Below are positions 1 to 12,918 of a stretch of 64,000 nucleotides of DNA, piece after piece. How positions within the stretch are numbered: the stretch's first letter is position 1; each line of letters opens with the position of its first letter. The notes under the pieces were generated by a model. That model saw only the letters and a program-made list of their open reading frames with translations. It was not told where the DNA came from and did not search any database. A program made the translations under genes and the position numbers. This stretch comes from the human T2T-CHM13v2.0 reference genome, Homo sapiens: NCBI RefSeq assembly GCF_009914755.1, contig NC_060937.1; one strand, 5' to 3'.

Positions 1-9
1 GGAAGATAT

Positions 10-26
10 TTCCTTTTTCACCGTAG
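10..26 (+). promoter_or_regulatory. pJalpha box of A-type monomer (representative)
   Basis: TTCCTTTTTCACCGTAG matches TTCCTTTTYCACCRTAG; degenerate versions at unit offsets 348, 860, 1198 and 1540. Confidence 0.8.
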
Positions 27-176
27 GCGTCAAGGCGATCGAAATGTCCACTTCCACAAACTACAAAAAGAGTGTTTCAAACCTGCTCTATGAAAGGCCA
101 TGTTCATCTCTATGAGTCGAATGGAAATATCCGAAAGAAATTTCTGGGAATGCTGCTGTCTAGTTTTTATACGAAT

Positions 177-193
177 TCCCGCTTCCAACGAAA
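177..193 (-). promoter_or_regulatory. CENP-B box 1 (same offset in every unit)
   Basis: + strand TCCCGCTTCCAACGAAA = - strand TTTCGTTGGAAGCGGGA; core nTTCGnnnnAnnCGGGn intact. Confidence 0.95.
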
Positions 194-517
194 TCCTCAA
201 AGCAATCCAAATATCCACTTGCAGAATCCACAAAAAGAGTGTTTCAAAACTGCTCTATCAATAGAAAGGTTCAACTCTTTTAGTTGAGTACACACATCAC
301 AAACAAGTTTCTGAGAATGCTTCTGTCTGGCTTTTATTGGAAGACGTTTCCTTTTCACCAAAGGCATCAAAGCGCTCCAAATGTCCACTTCCAGATTCTT
401 CCAAAAGAGTGTTTGAAACGTGCTCAAAGTAAGGGAATGTTCAACTCTGTGACTTGAATGCAGATATCACCAAGTAGTTTCTAATAGTGCTTCTGTCTAG
501 ATTTTAGATGATGATAT

Positions 518-534
518 TCCCGTTTCCAACGAAA
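518..534 (-). promoter_or_regulatory. CENP-B box 2 (same offset in every unit)
   Basis: + strand TCCCGTTTCCAACGAAA; core intact. Confidence 0.95.
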
Positions 535-688
535 TCGTTAGAGCTATCCAAATATCCACTTACAGTTTCTACAAAAAGAGTGTTTCCAAACTGCTGCATC
601 AAAAGAAAGGTTCAACTCTGTTAGTTGAGGACACACATCACAAAGAAGTTTGTGAGAATGCTTCTGTCTAGATTTTGTATGACCATAT

Positions 689-705
689 TCCCTTTTCCAG
701 CGATA
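689..705 (-). other. Degenerate CENP-B box in the extra B-type monomer
   Basis: TCCCTTTTCCAGCGATA; two core positions broken (CCCT for CCCG, CGAT for CGAA); 171 bp after box 2. Confidence 0.85.
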
Positions 706-1026
706 TCATTAAAGCAATCTAAATATCCATTTGCAGAATCCACAAAAATAGAGTTTCAAAGCTGCTCTGTAAAAAGAAAGGTTCCACTCTGTTAGCTGAG
801 TACACACATCACAAACTTGTTTCTGAGAATCCTTCTGTCTCGTTTTTATGGGAAGATATTTACTTTTTCACCGTAGGCATCAAAGCGCTCCAAATGTCCA
901 CATCCAGATACTCCAGAAAGAGTGTTTCAAACCTGCTCTATGAAAGGGAATCTTCAACTCTATGAGTTGAATGCAGACATCAGAAAGAAATTTCTGAGAA
1001 TGCTGCTGTCTACCTTTTATTTGAAT

Positions 1027-1043
1027 TCCCGCTTCCAACGAAA
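1027..1043 (-). promoter_or_regulatory. CENP-B box 3
   Basis: TCCCGCTTCCAACGAAA overlapping EcoRI site GAATTC at 1023-1028. Confidence 0.95.
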
Positions 1044-1368
1044 TCCTCCAAGCTATCCAAATATCCACCTGCATTTTCCACAAAAAGAGCGTTTCAAAAC
1101 TGCTCTATCAATAGAAATGTTCAACTCCTTTGGCTGGGTACACACATCACAAACAAGTTTCTGAGAATGCTTCTGTCTAGTTTTTATGGGAAGACATTCC
1201 CTTTTTCACCAAAGGCATCAAAGCGCTCCAAATGTCCACTTCCAGACACTACAAAAAGAGTGTTTCCAACGTGCTCTAAGAAAGCGAATGTTCAACTCTG
1301 TGACTTGAATGCAGATATCACAAAGTAGTTTCTGAGAGGGCTTCTGTCTAGATTTTAGATGATGATAT

Positions 1369-1385
1369 TCCCGTTTCCAACGAAA
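1369..1385 (-). promoter_or_regulatory. CENP-B box 4 (absent from 7-mers)
   Basis: TCCCGTTTCCAACGAAA; core intact. Confidence 0.95.
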
Positions 1386-1706
1386 TCATTAGAGCTATCC
1401 AAATATCCACTTACAGTTTCTACAAAAAGAGTGTTTCCAAACTGCTGCATCAAAAGAGAGGTTCCACTCTGTTAGCTGAGTACACACATCACAAACTTGT
1501 TTCTCAGAATCCTTCTGTCTCGTTTTTCTGGGAAGATATTTACTTTTTCACCGTAGGCATCAAAGCGCTCCAAATGTCCACATCCAGATACTCCAGAAAG
1601 AGTGTTTCAAACCTGCTCTATGAAAGGGAATCTTCAACTCTATGAGTTGAATGCAGACATCAGAAAGAAATTTCTGAGAATGCTGCTGTCTACCTTTTAT
1701 TTGAAT

Positions 1707-1723
1707 TCCCGCTTCCAACGAAA
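1707..1723 (-). promoter_or_regulatory. CENP-B box 5
   Basis: TCCCGCTTCCAACGAAA overlapping EcoRI site 1703-1708. Confidence 0.95.
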
Positions 1724-3740
1724 TCCTCCAAGCTATCCAAATATCCACTTGCAGATTCCACAAAAAGAGTGTTTCAAAACTGCTCTCTATCAATGGCAAA
1801 GTTCAACTCTGTTAGTTGAGGACACATATCACCAACAAGTTTCTGAGAATGCTTCTGTCTATTTTTTATGGGAAGATATTTCCTTTTTCACCGTAGGCGT
1901 CAAGGCGATCGAAATGTCCACTTCCACAAACTACAAAAAGAGTGTTTCAAACCTGCTCTATGAAAGGCCATGTTCATCTCTATGAGTCGAATGGAAATAT
2001 CCGAAAGAAATTTCTGGGAATGCTGCTGTCTAGTTTTTATACGAATTCCCGCTTCCAACGAAATCCTCAAAGCAATCCAAATATCCACTTGCAGAATCCA
2101 CAAAAAGAGTGTTTCAAAACTGCTCTATCAATAGAAAGGTTCAACTCTTTTAGTTGAGTACACACATCACAAACAAGTTTCTGAGAATGCTTCTGTCTGG
2201 CTTTTATTGGAAGACGTTTCCTTTTCACCAAAGGCATCAAAGCGCTCCAAATGTCCACTTCCAGATTCTTCCAAAAGAGTGTTTGAAACGTGCTCAAAGT
2301 AAGGGAATGTTCAACTCTGTGACTTGAATGCAGATATCACCAAGTAGTTTCTAATAGTGCTTCTGTCTAGATTTTAGATGATGATATTCCCGTTTCCAAC
2401 GAAATCGTTAGAGCTATCCAAATATCCACTTACAGTTTCTACAAAAAGAGTGTTTCCAAACTGCTGCATCAAAAGAAAGGTTCAACTCTGTTAGTTGAGG
2501 ACACACATCACAAAGAAGTTTGTGAGAATGCTTCTGTCTAGATTTTGTATGACCATATTCCCTTTTCCAGCGATATCATTAAAGCAATCTAAATATCCAT
2601 TTGCAGAATCCACAAAAATAGAGTTTCAAAGCTGCTCTGTAAAAAGAAAGGTTCCACTCTGTTAGCTGAGTACACACATCACAAACTTGTTTCTGAGAAT
2701 CCTTCTGTCTCGTTTTTATGGGAAGATATTTACTTTTTCACCGTAGGCATCAAAGCGCTCCAAATGTCCACATCCAGATACTCCAGAAAGAGTGTTTCAA
2801 ACCTGCTCTATGAAAGGGAATCTTCAACTCTATGAGTTGAATGCAGACATCAGAAAGAAATTTCTGAGAATGCTGCTGTCTACCTTTTATTTGAATTCCC
2901 GCTTCCAACGAAATCCTCCAAGCTATCCAAATATCCACCTGCATTTTCCACAAAAAGAGCGTTTCAAAACTGCTCTATCAATAGAAATGTTCAACTCCTT
3001 TGGCTGGGTACACACATCACAAACAAGTTTCTGAGAATGCTTCTGTCTAGTTTTTATGGGAAGACATTCCCTTTTTCACCAAAGGCATCAAAGCGCTCCA
3101 AATGTCCACTTCCAGACACTACAAAAAGAGTGTTTCCAACGTGCTCTAAGAAAGCGAATGTTCAACTCTGTGACTTGAATGCAGATATCACAAAGTAGTT
3201 TCTGAGAGGGCTTCTGTCTAGATTTTAGATGATGATATTCCCGTTTCCAACGAAATCATTAGAGCTATCCAAATATCCACTTACAGTTTCTACAAAAAGA
3301 GTGTTTCCAAACTGCTGCATCAAAAGAGAGGTTCCACTCTGTTAGCTGAGTACACACATCACAAACTTGTTTCTCAGAATCCTTCTGTCTCGTTTTTCTG
3401 GGAAGATATTTACTTTTTCACCGTAGGCATCAAAGCGCTCCAAATGTCCACATCCAGATACTCCAGAAAGAGTGTTTCAAACCTGCTCTATGAAAGGGAA
3501 TCTTCAACTCTATGAGTTGAATGCAGACATCAGAAAGAAATTTCTGAGAATGCTGCTGTCTACCTTTTATTTGAATTCCCGCTTCCAACGAAATCCTCCA
3601 AGCTATCCAAATATCCACTTGCAGATTCCACAAAAAGAGTGTTTCAAAACTGCTCTCTATCAATGGCAAAGTTCAACTCTGTTAGTTGAGGACACATATC
3701 ACCAACAAGTTTCTGAGAATGCTTCTGTCTATTTTTTATG

Positions 3741-4930
3741 GGAAGATATTTCCTTTTTCACCGTAGGCGTCAAGGCGATCGAAATGTCCACTTCCACAAA
3801 CTACAAAAAGAGTGTTTCAAACCTGCTCTATGAAAGGCCATGTTCATCTCTATGAGTCGAATGGAAATATCCGAAAGAAATTTCTGGGAATGCTGCTGTC
3901 TAGTTTTTATACGAATTCCCGCTTCCAACGAAATCCTCAAAGCAATCCAAATATCCACTTGCAGAATCCACAAAAAGAGTGTTTCAAAACTGCTCTATCA
4001 ATAGAAAGGTTCAACTCTTTTAGTTGAGTACACACATCACAAACAAGTTTCTGAGAATGCTTCTGTCTGGCTTTTATTGGAAGACGTTTCCTTTTCACCA
4101 AAGGCATCAAAGCGCTCCAAATGTCCACTTCCAGATTCTTCCAAAAGAGTGTTTGAAACGTGCTCAAAGTAAGGGAATGTTCAACTCTGTGACTTGAATG
4201 CAGATATCACCAAGTAGTTTCTAATAGTGCTTCTGTCTAGATTTTAGATGATGATATTCCCGTTTCCAACGAAATCGTTAGAGCTATCCAAATATCCACT
4301 TACAGTTGCTACAAAAACAGTGTTTCCAAACTGCTGCATCAAAAGAAAGGTTCAACTCTGTTAGTTGAGGACACACATCACAAAGAAGTTTGTGAGAATG
4401 CTTCTGTCTAGATTTTGTATGACCATATTCCCTTTTCCAGCGATATCATTAAAGCAATCTAAATATCCATTTGCAGAATCCACAAAAATAGAGTTTCAAA
4501 GCTGCTCTGTAAAAAGAAAGGTTCCACTCTGTTAGCTGAGTACACACATCACAAACCTGTTTCTCAGAATCCTTCTGTCTCGTTTTTCTGGGAAGATATT
4601 TACTTTTTCACCGTAGGCATCAAAGCGCTCCAAATGTCCACATCCAGATACTCCAGAAAGAGTGTTTCAAACCTGCTCTATGAAAGGGAATCTTCAACTC
4701 TATGAGTTGAATGCAGACATCAGAAAGAAATTTCTGAGAATGCTGCTGTCTACCTTTTATTTGAATTCCCGCTTCCAACGAAATCCTCCAAGCTATCCAA
4801 ATATCCACTTGCAGATTCCACAAAAAGAGTGTTTCAAAACTGCTCTCTATCAATGGCAAAGTTCAACTCTGTTAGTTGAGGACACATATCACCAACAAGT
4901 TTCTGAGAATGCTTCTGTCTATTTTTTATG
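3741..4930 (-). repeat. 7-mer HOR variant (1190 bp), unit 3
   Basis: Anchor ORF spacing 3770 to 4960; lacks the 680-bp 4-monomer block. Confidence 0.95.
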
Positions 4931-6800
4931 GGAAGATATTTCCTTTTTCACCGTAGGCGTCAAGGCGATCGAAATGTCCACTTCCACAAACTACAAAAAG
5001 AGTGTTTCAAACCTGCTCTATGAAAGGCCATGTTCATCTCTATGAGTCGAATGGAAATATCCGAAAGAAATTTCTGGGAATGCTGCTGTCTAGTTTTTAT
5101 ACGAATTCCCGCTTCCAACGAAATCCTCAAAGCAATCCAAATATCCACTTGCAGAATCCACAAAAAGAGTGTTTCAAAACTGCTCTATCAATAGAAAGGT
5201 TCAACTCTTTTAGTTGAGTACACACATCACAAACAAGTTTCTGAGAATGCTTCTGTCTGGCTTTTATTGGAAGACGTTTCCTTTTCACCAAAGGCATCAA
5301 AGCGCTCCAAATGTCCACTTCCAGATTCTTCCAAAAGAGTGTTTGAAACGTGCTCAAAGTAAGGGAATGTTCAACTCTGTGACTTGAATGCAGATATCAC
5401 CAAGTAGTTTCTAATAGTGCTTCTGTCTAGATTTTAGATGATGATATTCCCGTTTCCAACGAAATCGTTAGAGCTATCCAAATATCCACTTACAGTTTCT
5501 ACAAAAAGAGTGTTTCCAAACTGCTGCATCAAAAGAAAGGTTCAACTCTGTTAGTTGAGGACACACATCACAAAGAAGTTTGTGAGAATGCTTCTGTCTA
5601 GATTTTGTATGACCATATTCCCTTTTCCAGCGATATCATTAAAGCAATCTAAATATCCATTTGCAGAATCCACAAAAATAGAGTTTCAAAGCTGCTCTGT
5701 AAAAAGAAAGGTTCCACTCTGTTAGCTGAGTACACACATCACAAACTTGTTTCTGAGAATCCTTCTGTCTCGTTTTTATGGGAAGATATTTACTTTTTCA
5801 CCGTAGGCATCAAAGCGCTCCAAATGTCCACATCCAGATACTCCAGAAAGAGTGTTTCAAACCTGCTCTATGAAAGGGAATCTTCAACTCTATGAGTTGA
5901 ATGCAGACATCAGAAAGAAATTTCTGAGAATGCTGCTGTCTACCTTTTATTTGAATTCCCGCTTCCAACGAAATCCTCCAAGCTATCCAAATATCCACCT
6001 GCATTTTCCACAAAAAGAGCGTTTCAAAACTGCTCTATCAATAGAAATGTTCAACTCCTTTGGCTGGGTACACACATCACAAACAAGTTTCTGAGAATGC
6101 TTCTGTCTAGTTTTTATGGGAAGACATTCCCTTTTTCACCAAAGGCATCAAAGCGCTCCAAATGTCCACTTCCAGACACTACAAAAAGAGTGTTTCCAAC
6201 GTGCTCTAAGAAAGCGAATGTTCAACTCTGTGACTTGAATGCAGATATCACAAAGTAGTTTCTGAGAGGGCTTCTGTCTAGATTTTAGATGATGATATTC
6301 CCGTTTCCAACGAAATCATTAGAGCTATCCAAATATCCACTTACAGTTTCTACAAAAAGAGTGTTTCCAAACTGCTGCATCAAAAGAGAGGTTCCACTCT
6401 GTTAGCTGAGTACACACATCACAAACTTGTTTCTCAGAATCCTTCTGTCTCGTTTTTCTGGGAAGATATTTACTTTTTCACCGTAGGCATCAAAGCGCTC
6501 CAAATGTCCACATCCAGATACTCCAGAAAGAGTGTTTCAAACCTGCTCTATGAAAGGGAATCTTCAACTCTATGAGTTGAATGCAGACATCAGAAAGAAA
6601 TTTCTGAGAATGCTGCTGTCTACCTTTTATTTGAATTCCCGCTTCCAACGAAATCCTCCAAGCTATCCAAATATCCACTTGCAGATTCCACAAAAAGAGT
6701 GTTTCAAAACTGCTCTCTATCAATGGCAAAGTTCAACTCTGTTAGTTGAGGACACATATCACCAACAAGTTTCTGAGAATGCTTCTGTCTATTTTTTATG

Positions 6801-7990
6801 GGAAGATATTTCCTTTTTCACCGTAGGCGTCAAGGCGATCGAAATGTCCACTTCCACAAACTACAAAAAGAGTGTTTCAAACCTGCTCTATGAAAGGCCA
6901 TGTTCATCTCTATGAGTCGAATGGAAATATCCGAAAGAAATTTCTGGGAATGCTGCTGTCTAGTTTTTATACGAATTCCCGCTTCCAACGAAATCCTCAA
7001 AGCAATCCAAATATCCACTTGCAGAATCCACAAAAAGAGTGTTTCAAAACTGCTCTATCAATAGAAAGGTTCAACTCTTTTAGTTGAGTACACACATCAC
7101 AAACAAGTTTCTGAGAATGCTTCTGTCTGGCTTTTATTGGAAGACGTTTCCTTTTCACCAAAGGCATCAAAGCGCTCCAAATGTCCACTTCCAGATTCTT
7201 CCAAAAGAGTGTTTGAAACGTGCTCAAAGTAAGGGAATGTTCAACTCTGTGACTTGAATGCAGATATCACCAAGTAGTTTCTAATAGTGCTTCTGTCTAG
7301 ATTTTAGATGATGATATTCCCGTTTCCAACGAAATCGTTAGAGCTATCCAAATATCCACTTACAGTTGCTACAAAAACAGTGTTTCCAAACTGCTGCATC
7401 AAAAGAAAGGTTCAACTCTGTTAGTTGAGGACACACGTCACAAAGAAGTTTGTGAGAATGCTTCTGTCTAGATTTTGTATGACGATATTCCCTTTTCCAA
7501 CGATATCGTTAAAGCAATCTAAATATCCATTTGCAGAATCCACAAAAATAGAGTTTCAAAGCTGCTCTGTAAAAAGAAAGGTTCCACTCTGTTAGCTGAG
7601 TACACACATCACAAACTTGTTTCTCAGAATCCTTCTGTCTCGTTTTTATGGGAAGATATTTACTTTTTCACCGTAGGCATCAAAGCGCTCCAAATGTCCA
7701 CATCCAGATACTCCAGAAAGAGTGTTTCAAACCTGCTCTATGAAAGGGAATCTTCAACTCTATGAGTTGAATGCAGACATCAGAAAGAAATTTCTGAGAA
7801 TGCTGCTGTCTACCTTTTATTTGAATTCCCGCTTCCAACGAAATCCTCCAAGCTATCCAAATATCCACTTGCAGATTCCACAAAAAGAGTGTTTCAAAAC
7901 TGCTCTCTATCAATGGCAAAGTTCAACTCTGTTAGTTGAGGACACATATCACCAACAAGTTTCTGAGAATGCTTCTGTCTATTTTTTATG
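6801..7990 (-). repeat. 7-mer HOR variant, unit 5
   Basis: Anchor spacing 6830 to 8020 = 1190. Confidence 0.95.
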
Positions 7991-9858
7991 GGAAGATATT
8001 TCCTTTTTCACCGTAGGCGTCAAGGCGATCGAAATGTCCACTTCCACAAACTACAAAAAGAGTGTTTCAAACCTGCTCTATGAAAGGCCATGTTCATCTC
8101 TATGAGTCGAATGGAAATATCCGAAAGAAATTTCTGGGAATGCTGCTGTCTAGTTTTTATACGAATTCCCGCTTCCAACGAAATCCTCAAAGCAATCCAA
8201 ATATCCACTTGCAGAATCCACAAAAAGAGTGTTTCAAAACTGCTCTATCAATAGAAAGGTTCAACTCTTTTAGTTGAGTACACACATCACAAACAAGTTT
8301 CTGAGAATGCTTCTGTCTGGCTTTTATTGGAAGACGTTTCCTTTTCACCAAAGGCATCAAAGCGCTCCAAATGTCCACTTCCAGATTCTTCCAAAAGAGT
8401 GTTTGAAACGTGCTCAAAGTAAGGGAATGTTCAACTCTGTGACTTGAATGCAGATATCACCAAGTAGTTTCTAATAGTGCTTCTGTCTAGATTTTAGATG
8501 ATGATATTCCCGTTTCCAACGAAATCGTTAGAGCTATCCAAATATCCACTTACAGTTTCTACAAAAAGAGTGTTTCCAAACTGCTGCATCAAAAGAAAGG
8601 TTCAACTCTGTTAGTTGAGGACACACATCACAAAGAAGTTTGTGAGAATGCTTCTGTCTAGATTTTGTATGACCATATTCCCTTTTCCAGCGATATCATT
8701 AAAGCAATCTAAATATCCATTTGCAGAATCCACAAAAATAGAGTTTCAAAGCTGCTCTGTAAAAAGAAAGGTTCCACTCTGTTAGCTGAGTACACACATC
8801 ACAAACTTGTTTCTGAGAATCCTTCTGTCTCGTTTTTATGGGAAGATATTTACTTTTTCACCGTAGGCATCAAAGCGCTCCAAATGTCCACATCCAGATA
8901 CTCCAGAAAGAGTGTTTCAAACCTGCTCTATGAAAGGGAATCTTCAACTCTATGAGTTGAATGCAGACATCAGAAAGAAATTTCTGAGAATGCTGCTGTC
9001 TACCTTTTATTTGAACTCCCGCTTCCAACGAAATCCTCCAAGCTATCCAAATATCCACTTGCATTTTCCACAAAAAGAGTGCTTCAAAACTGCTCTATCA
9101 ATAAATGTTCAACTCCTTTAGCTGGGTGCACACATCACAAACAAGTTTCTGAGAATGCTTCTGTCTAGTTTTTATGGGAAGACATTCCCTTTTTCACCAA
9201 AGGCATCAAAGCGCTCCAAATGTCCACTTCCAGACACTACAAAAAGAGTGTTTCCAACGTGCTCTAAGAAAGCGAATGTTCAACTCTGTGACTTGAATGC
9301 AGATATCACAAAGTAGTTTCTGAGAGGGCTTCTGTCTAGATTTTAGATGATGATATTCCCGTTTCCAACGAAATCATTAGAGCTATCCAAATATCCACTT
9401 ACAGTTTCTACAAAAAGAGTGTTTCCAAACTGCTGCATCAAAAGAGAGGTTCCACTCTGTTAGCTGAGTACACACATCACAAACTTGTTTCTGAGAATCC
9501 TTCTGTGTCGTTTTTATGGGAAGATATTTACTTTTTCACCGTAGGCATCAAAGCGCTCCAAATGTCCACATCCAGATACTCCAGAAAGAGTGTTTCAAAC
9601 CTGCTCTATGAAAGGGAATCTTCAACTCTATGAGTTGAATGCAGACATCAGAAAGAAATTTCTGAGAATGCTGCTGTCTACCTTTTATTTGAATTCCCGC
9701 TTCCAACGAAATCCTCCAAGCTATCCAAATATCCACTTGCAGATTCCACAAAAAGAGTGTTTCAAAACTGCTCTCTATCAATGGCAAAGTTCAACTCTGT
9801 TAGTTGAGGACACATATCACCAACAAGTTTCTGAGAATGCTTCTGTCTATTTTTTATG
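7991..9858 (-). repeat. 11-mer variant B (1868 bp), unit 6
   Basis: GAACTC (EcoRI lost, 9016), 2-bp deletion ATAGAAATG to ATAAATG near 9104, linked SNVs at 9059, 9080, 9082, 9120, 9128, 9507. Confidence 0.93.
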
Positions 9859-11728
9859 GGAAGATATTTCCTTTTTCACCGTAGGCGTCAAGGCGATCGA
9901 AATGTCCACTTCCACAAACTACAAAAAGAGTGTTTCAAACCTGCTCTATGAAAGGCCATGTTCATCTCTATGAGTCGAATGGAAATATCCGAAAGAAATT
10001 TCTGGGAATGCTGCTGTCTAGTTTTTATACGAATTCCCGCTTCCAACGAAATCCTCAAAGCAATCCAAATATCCACTTGCAGAATCCACAAAAAGAGTGT
10101 TTCAAAACTGCTCTATCAATAGAAAGGTTCAACTCTTTTAGTTGAGTACACACATCACAAACAAGTTTCTGAGAATGCTTCTGTCTGGCTTTTATTGGAA
10201 GACGTTTCCTTTTCACCAAAGGCATCAAAGCGCTCCAAATGTCCACTTCCAGATTCTTCCAAAAGAGTGTTTGAAACGTGCTCAAAGTAAGGGAATGTTC
10301 AACTCTGTGACTTGAATGCAGATATCACCAAGTAGTTTCTAATAGTGCTTCTGTCTAGATTTTAGATGATGATATTCCCGTTTCCAACGAAATCGTTAGA
10401 GCTATCCAAATATCCACTTACAGTTTCTACAAAAAGAGTGTTTCCAAACTGCTGCATCAAAAGAAAGGTTCAACTCTGTTAGTTGAGGACACACATCACA
10501 AAGAAGTTTGTGAGAATGCTTCTGTCTAGATTTTGTATGACCATATTCCCTTTTCCAGCGATATCATTAAAGCAATCTAAATATCCATTTGCAGAATCCA
10601 CAAAAATAGAGTTTCAAAGCTGCTCTGTAAAAAGAAAGGTTCCACTCTGTTAGCTGAGTACACACATCACAAACTTGTTTCTCAGAATCCTTCTGTCTCG
10701 TTTTTATGGGAAGATATTTACTTTTTCACCGTAGGCATCAAAGCGCTCCAAATGTCCACATCCAGATACTCCAGAAAGAGTGTTTCAAACCTGCTCTATG
10801 AAAGGGAATCTTCAACTCTATGAGTTGAATGCAGACATCAGAAAGAAATTTCTGAGAATGCTGCTGTCTACCTTTTATTTGAATTCCCGCTTCCAACGAA
10901 ATCCTCCAAGCTATCCAAATATCCACCTGCATTTTCCACAAAAAGAGCGTTTCAAAACTGCTCTATCAATAGAAATGTTCAACTCCTTTGGCTGGGTACA
11001 CACATCACAAACAAGTTTCTGAGAATGCTTCTGTCTAGTTTTTATGGGAAGACATTCCCTTTTTCACCAAAGGCATCAAAGCGCTCCAAATGTCCACTTC
11101 CAGACACTACAAAAAGAGTGTTTCCAACGTGCTCTAAGAAAGCGAATGTTCAACTCTGTGACTTGAATGCAGATATCACAAAGTAGTTTCTGAGAGGGCT
11201 TCTGTCTAGATTTTAGATGATGATATTCCCGTTTCCAACGAAATCATTAGAGCTATCCAAATATCCACTTACAGTTTCTACAAAAAGAGTGTTTCCAAAC
11301 TGCTGCATCAAAAGAGAGGTTCCACTCTGTTAGCTGAGTACACACATCACAAACTTGTTTCTCAGAATCCTTCTGTCTCGTTTTTATGGGAAGATATTTA
11401 CTTTTTCACCGTAGGCATCAAAGCGCTCCAAATGTCCACATCCAGATACTCCAGAAAGAGTGTTTCAAACCTGCTCTATGAAAGGGAATCTTCAACTCTA
11501 TGAGTTGAATGCAGACATCAGAAAGAAATTTCTGAGAATGCTGCTGTCTACCTTTTATTTGAATTCCCGCTTCCAACGAAATCCTCCAAGCTATCCAAAT
11601 ATCCACTTGCAGATTCCACAAAAAGAGTGTTTCAAAACTGCTCTCTATCAATGGCAAAGTTCAACTCTGTTAGTTGAGGACACATATCACCAACAAGTTT
11701 CTGAGAATGCTTCTGTCTATTTTTTATG

Positions 11729-12918
11729 GGAAGATATTTCCTTTTTCACCGTAGGCGTCAAGGCGATCGAAATGTCCACTTCCACAAACTACAAAAAGAG
11801 TGTTTCAAACCTGCTCTATGAAAGGCCATGTTCATCTCTATGAGTCGAATGGAAATATCCGAAAGAAATTTCTGGGAATGCTGCTGTCTAGTTTTTATAC
11901 GAATTCCCGCTTCCAACGAAATCCTCAAAGCAATCCAAATATCCACTTGCAGAATCCACAAAAAGAGTGTTTCAAAACTGCTCTATCAATAGAAAGGTTC
12001 AACTCTTTTAGTTGAGTACACACATCACAAACAAGTTTCTGAGAATGCTTCTGTCTGGCTTTTATTGGAAGACGTTTCCTTTTCACCAAAGGCATCAAAG
12101 CGCTCCAAATGTCCACTTCCAGATTCTTCCAAAAGAGTGTTTGAAACGTGCTCAAAGTAAGGGAATGTTCAACTCTGTGACTTGAATGCAGATATCACCA
12201 AGTAGTTTCTAATAGTGCTTCTGTCTAGATTTTAGATGATGATATTCCCGTTTCCAACGAAATCGTTAGAGCTATCCAAATATCCACTTACAGTTGCTAC
12301 AAAAACAGTGTTTCCAAACTGCTGCATCAAAAGAAAGGTTCAACTCTGTTAGTTGAGGACACACGTCACAAAGAAGTTTGTGAGAATGCTTCTGTCTAGA
12401 TTTTGTATGACGATATTCCCTTTTCCAACGATATCGTTAAAGCAATCTAAATATCCATTTGCAGAATCCACAAAAATAGAGTTTCAAAGCTGCTCTGTAA
12501 AAAGAAAGGTTCCACTCTGTTAGCTGAGTACACACATCACAAACTTGTTTCTGAGAATCCTTCTGTCTCGTTTTTATGGGAAGATATTTACTTTTTCACC
12601 GTAGGCATCAAAGCGCTCCAAATGTCCACATCCAGATACTCCAGAAAGAGTGTTTCAAACCTGCTCTATGAAAGGGAATCTTCAACTCTATGAGTTGAAT
12701 GCAGACATCAGAAAGAAATTTCTGAGAATGCTGCTGTCTACCTTTTATTTGAATTCCCGCTTCCAACGAAATCCTCCAAGCTATCCAAATATCCACTTGC
12801 AGATTCCACAAAAAGAGTGTTTCAAAACTGCTCTCTATCAATGGCAAAGTTCAACTCTGTTAGTTGAGGACACATATCACCAACAAGTTTCTGAGAATGC
12901 TTCTGTCTATTTTTTATG
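11729..12918 (-). repeat. 7-mer HOR variant, unit 8
   Basis: Anchor spacing 11758 to 12948 = 1190. Confidence 0.95.

Larger units (their letters stand above)
779..1748 (+). repeat. Internal direct repeat of the 11-mer: 779-1068 vs 1459-1748 (~290 bp, 680-bp offset)
   Basis: The two tracts differ only at 825/1505 (G/C) and 848/1528 (A/C); identical ORF segments recur 680 bp apart (880/1560, 922/1602). Confidence 0.92.
1..1870 (-). repeat. Representative canonical 11-mer HOR unit (1870 bp), monomer order A-B-A-B-B*-A-B-A-B-A-B
   Basis: Box positions 10, 177, 348, 518, 689, 860, 1027, 1198, 1369, 1540, 1707, then 1880, give monomer lengths 167,171,170,171,171,167,171,171,171,167,173 = 1870. 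The sequence from 1871 repeats position 1 onward. Confidence 0.95.

Noticed and set aside
405-425. Short dyads such as GTTTGAAAC and TTCTCAGAA (possible hairpins or terminators)
   Set aside because: Stems are only ~4 bp and are a generic property of alpha-satellite; nothing specific to this window.
7489-7505. Possible restored CENP-B box in the 7-mer haplotype (TCCCTTTTCCAACGATA)
   Set aside because: Still lacks two essential core bases, so it is not called functional.
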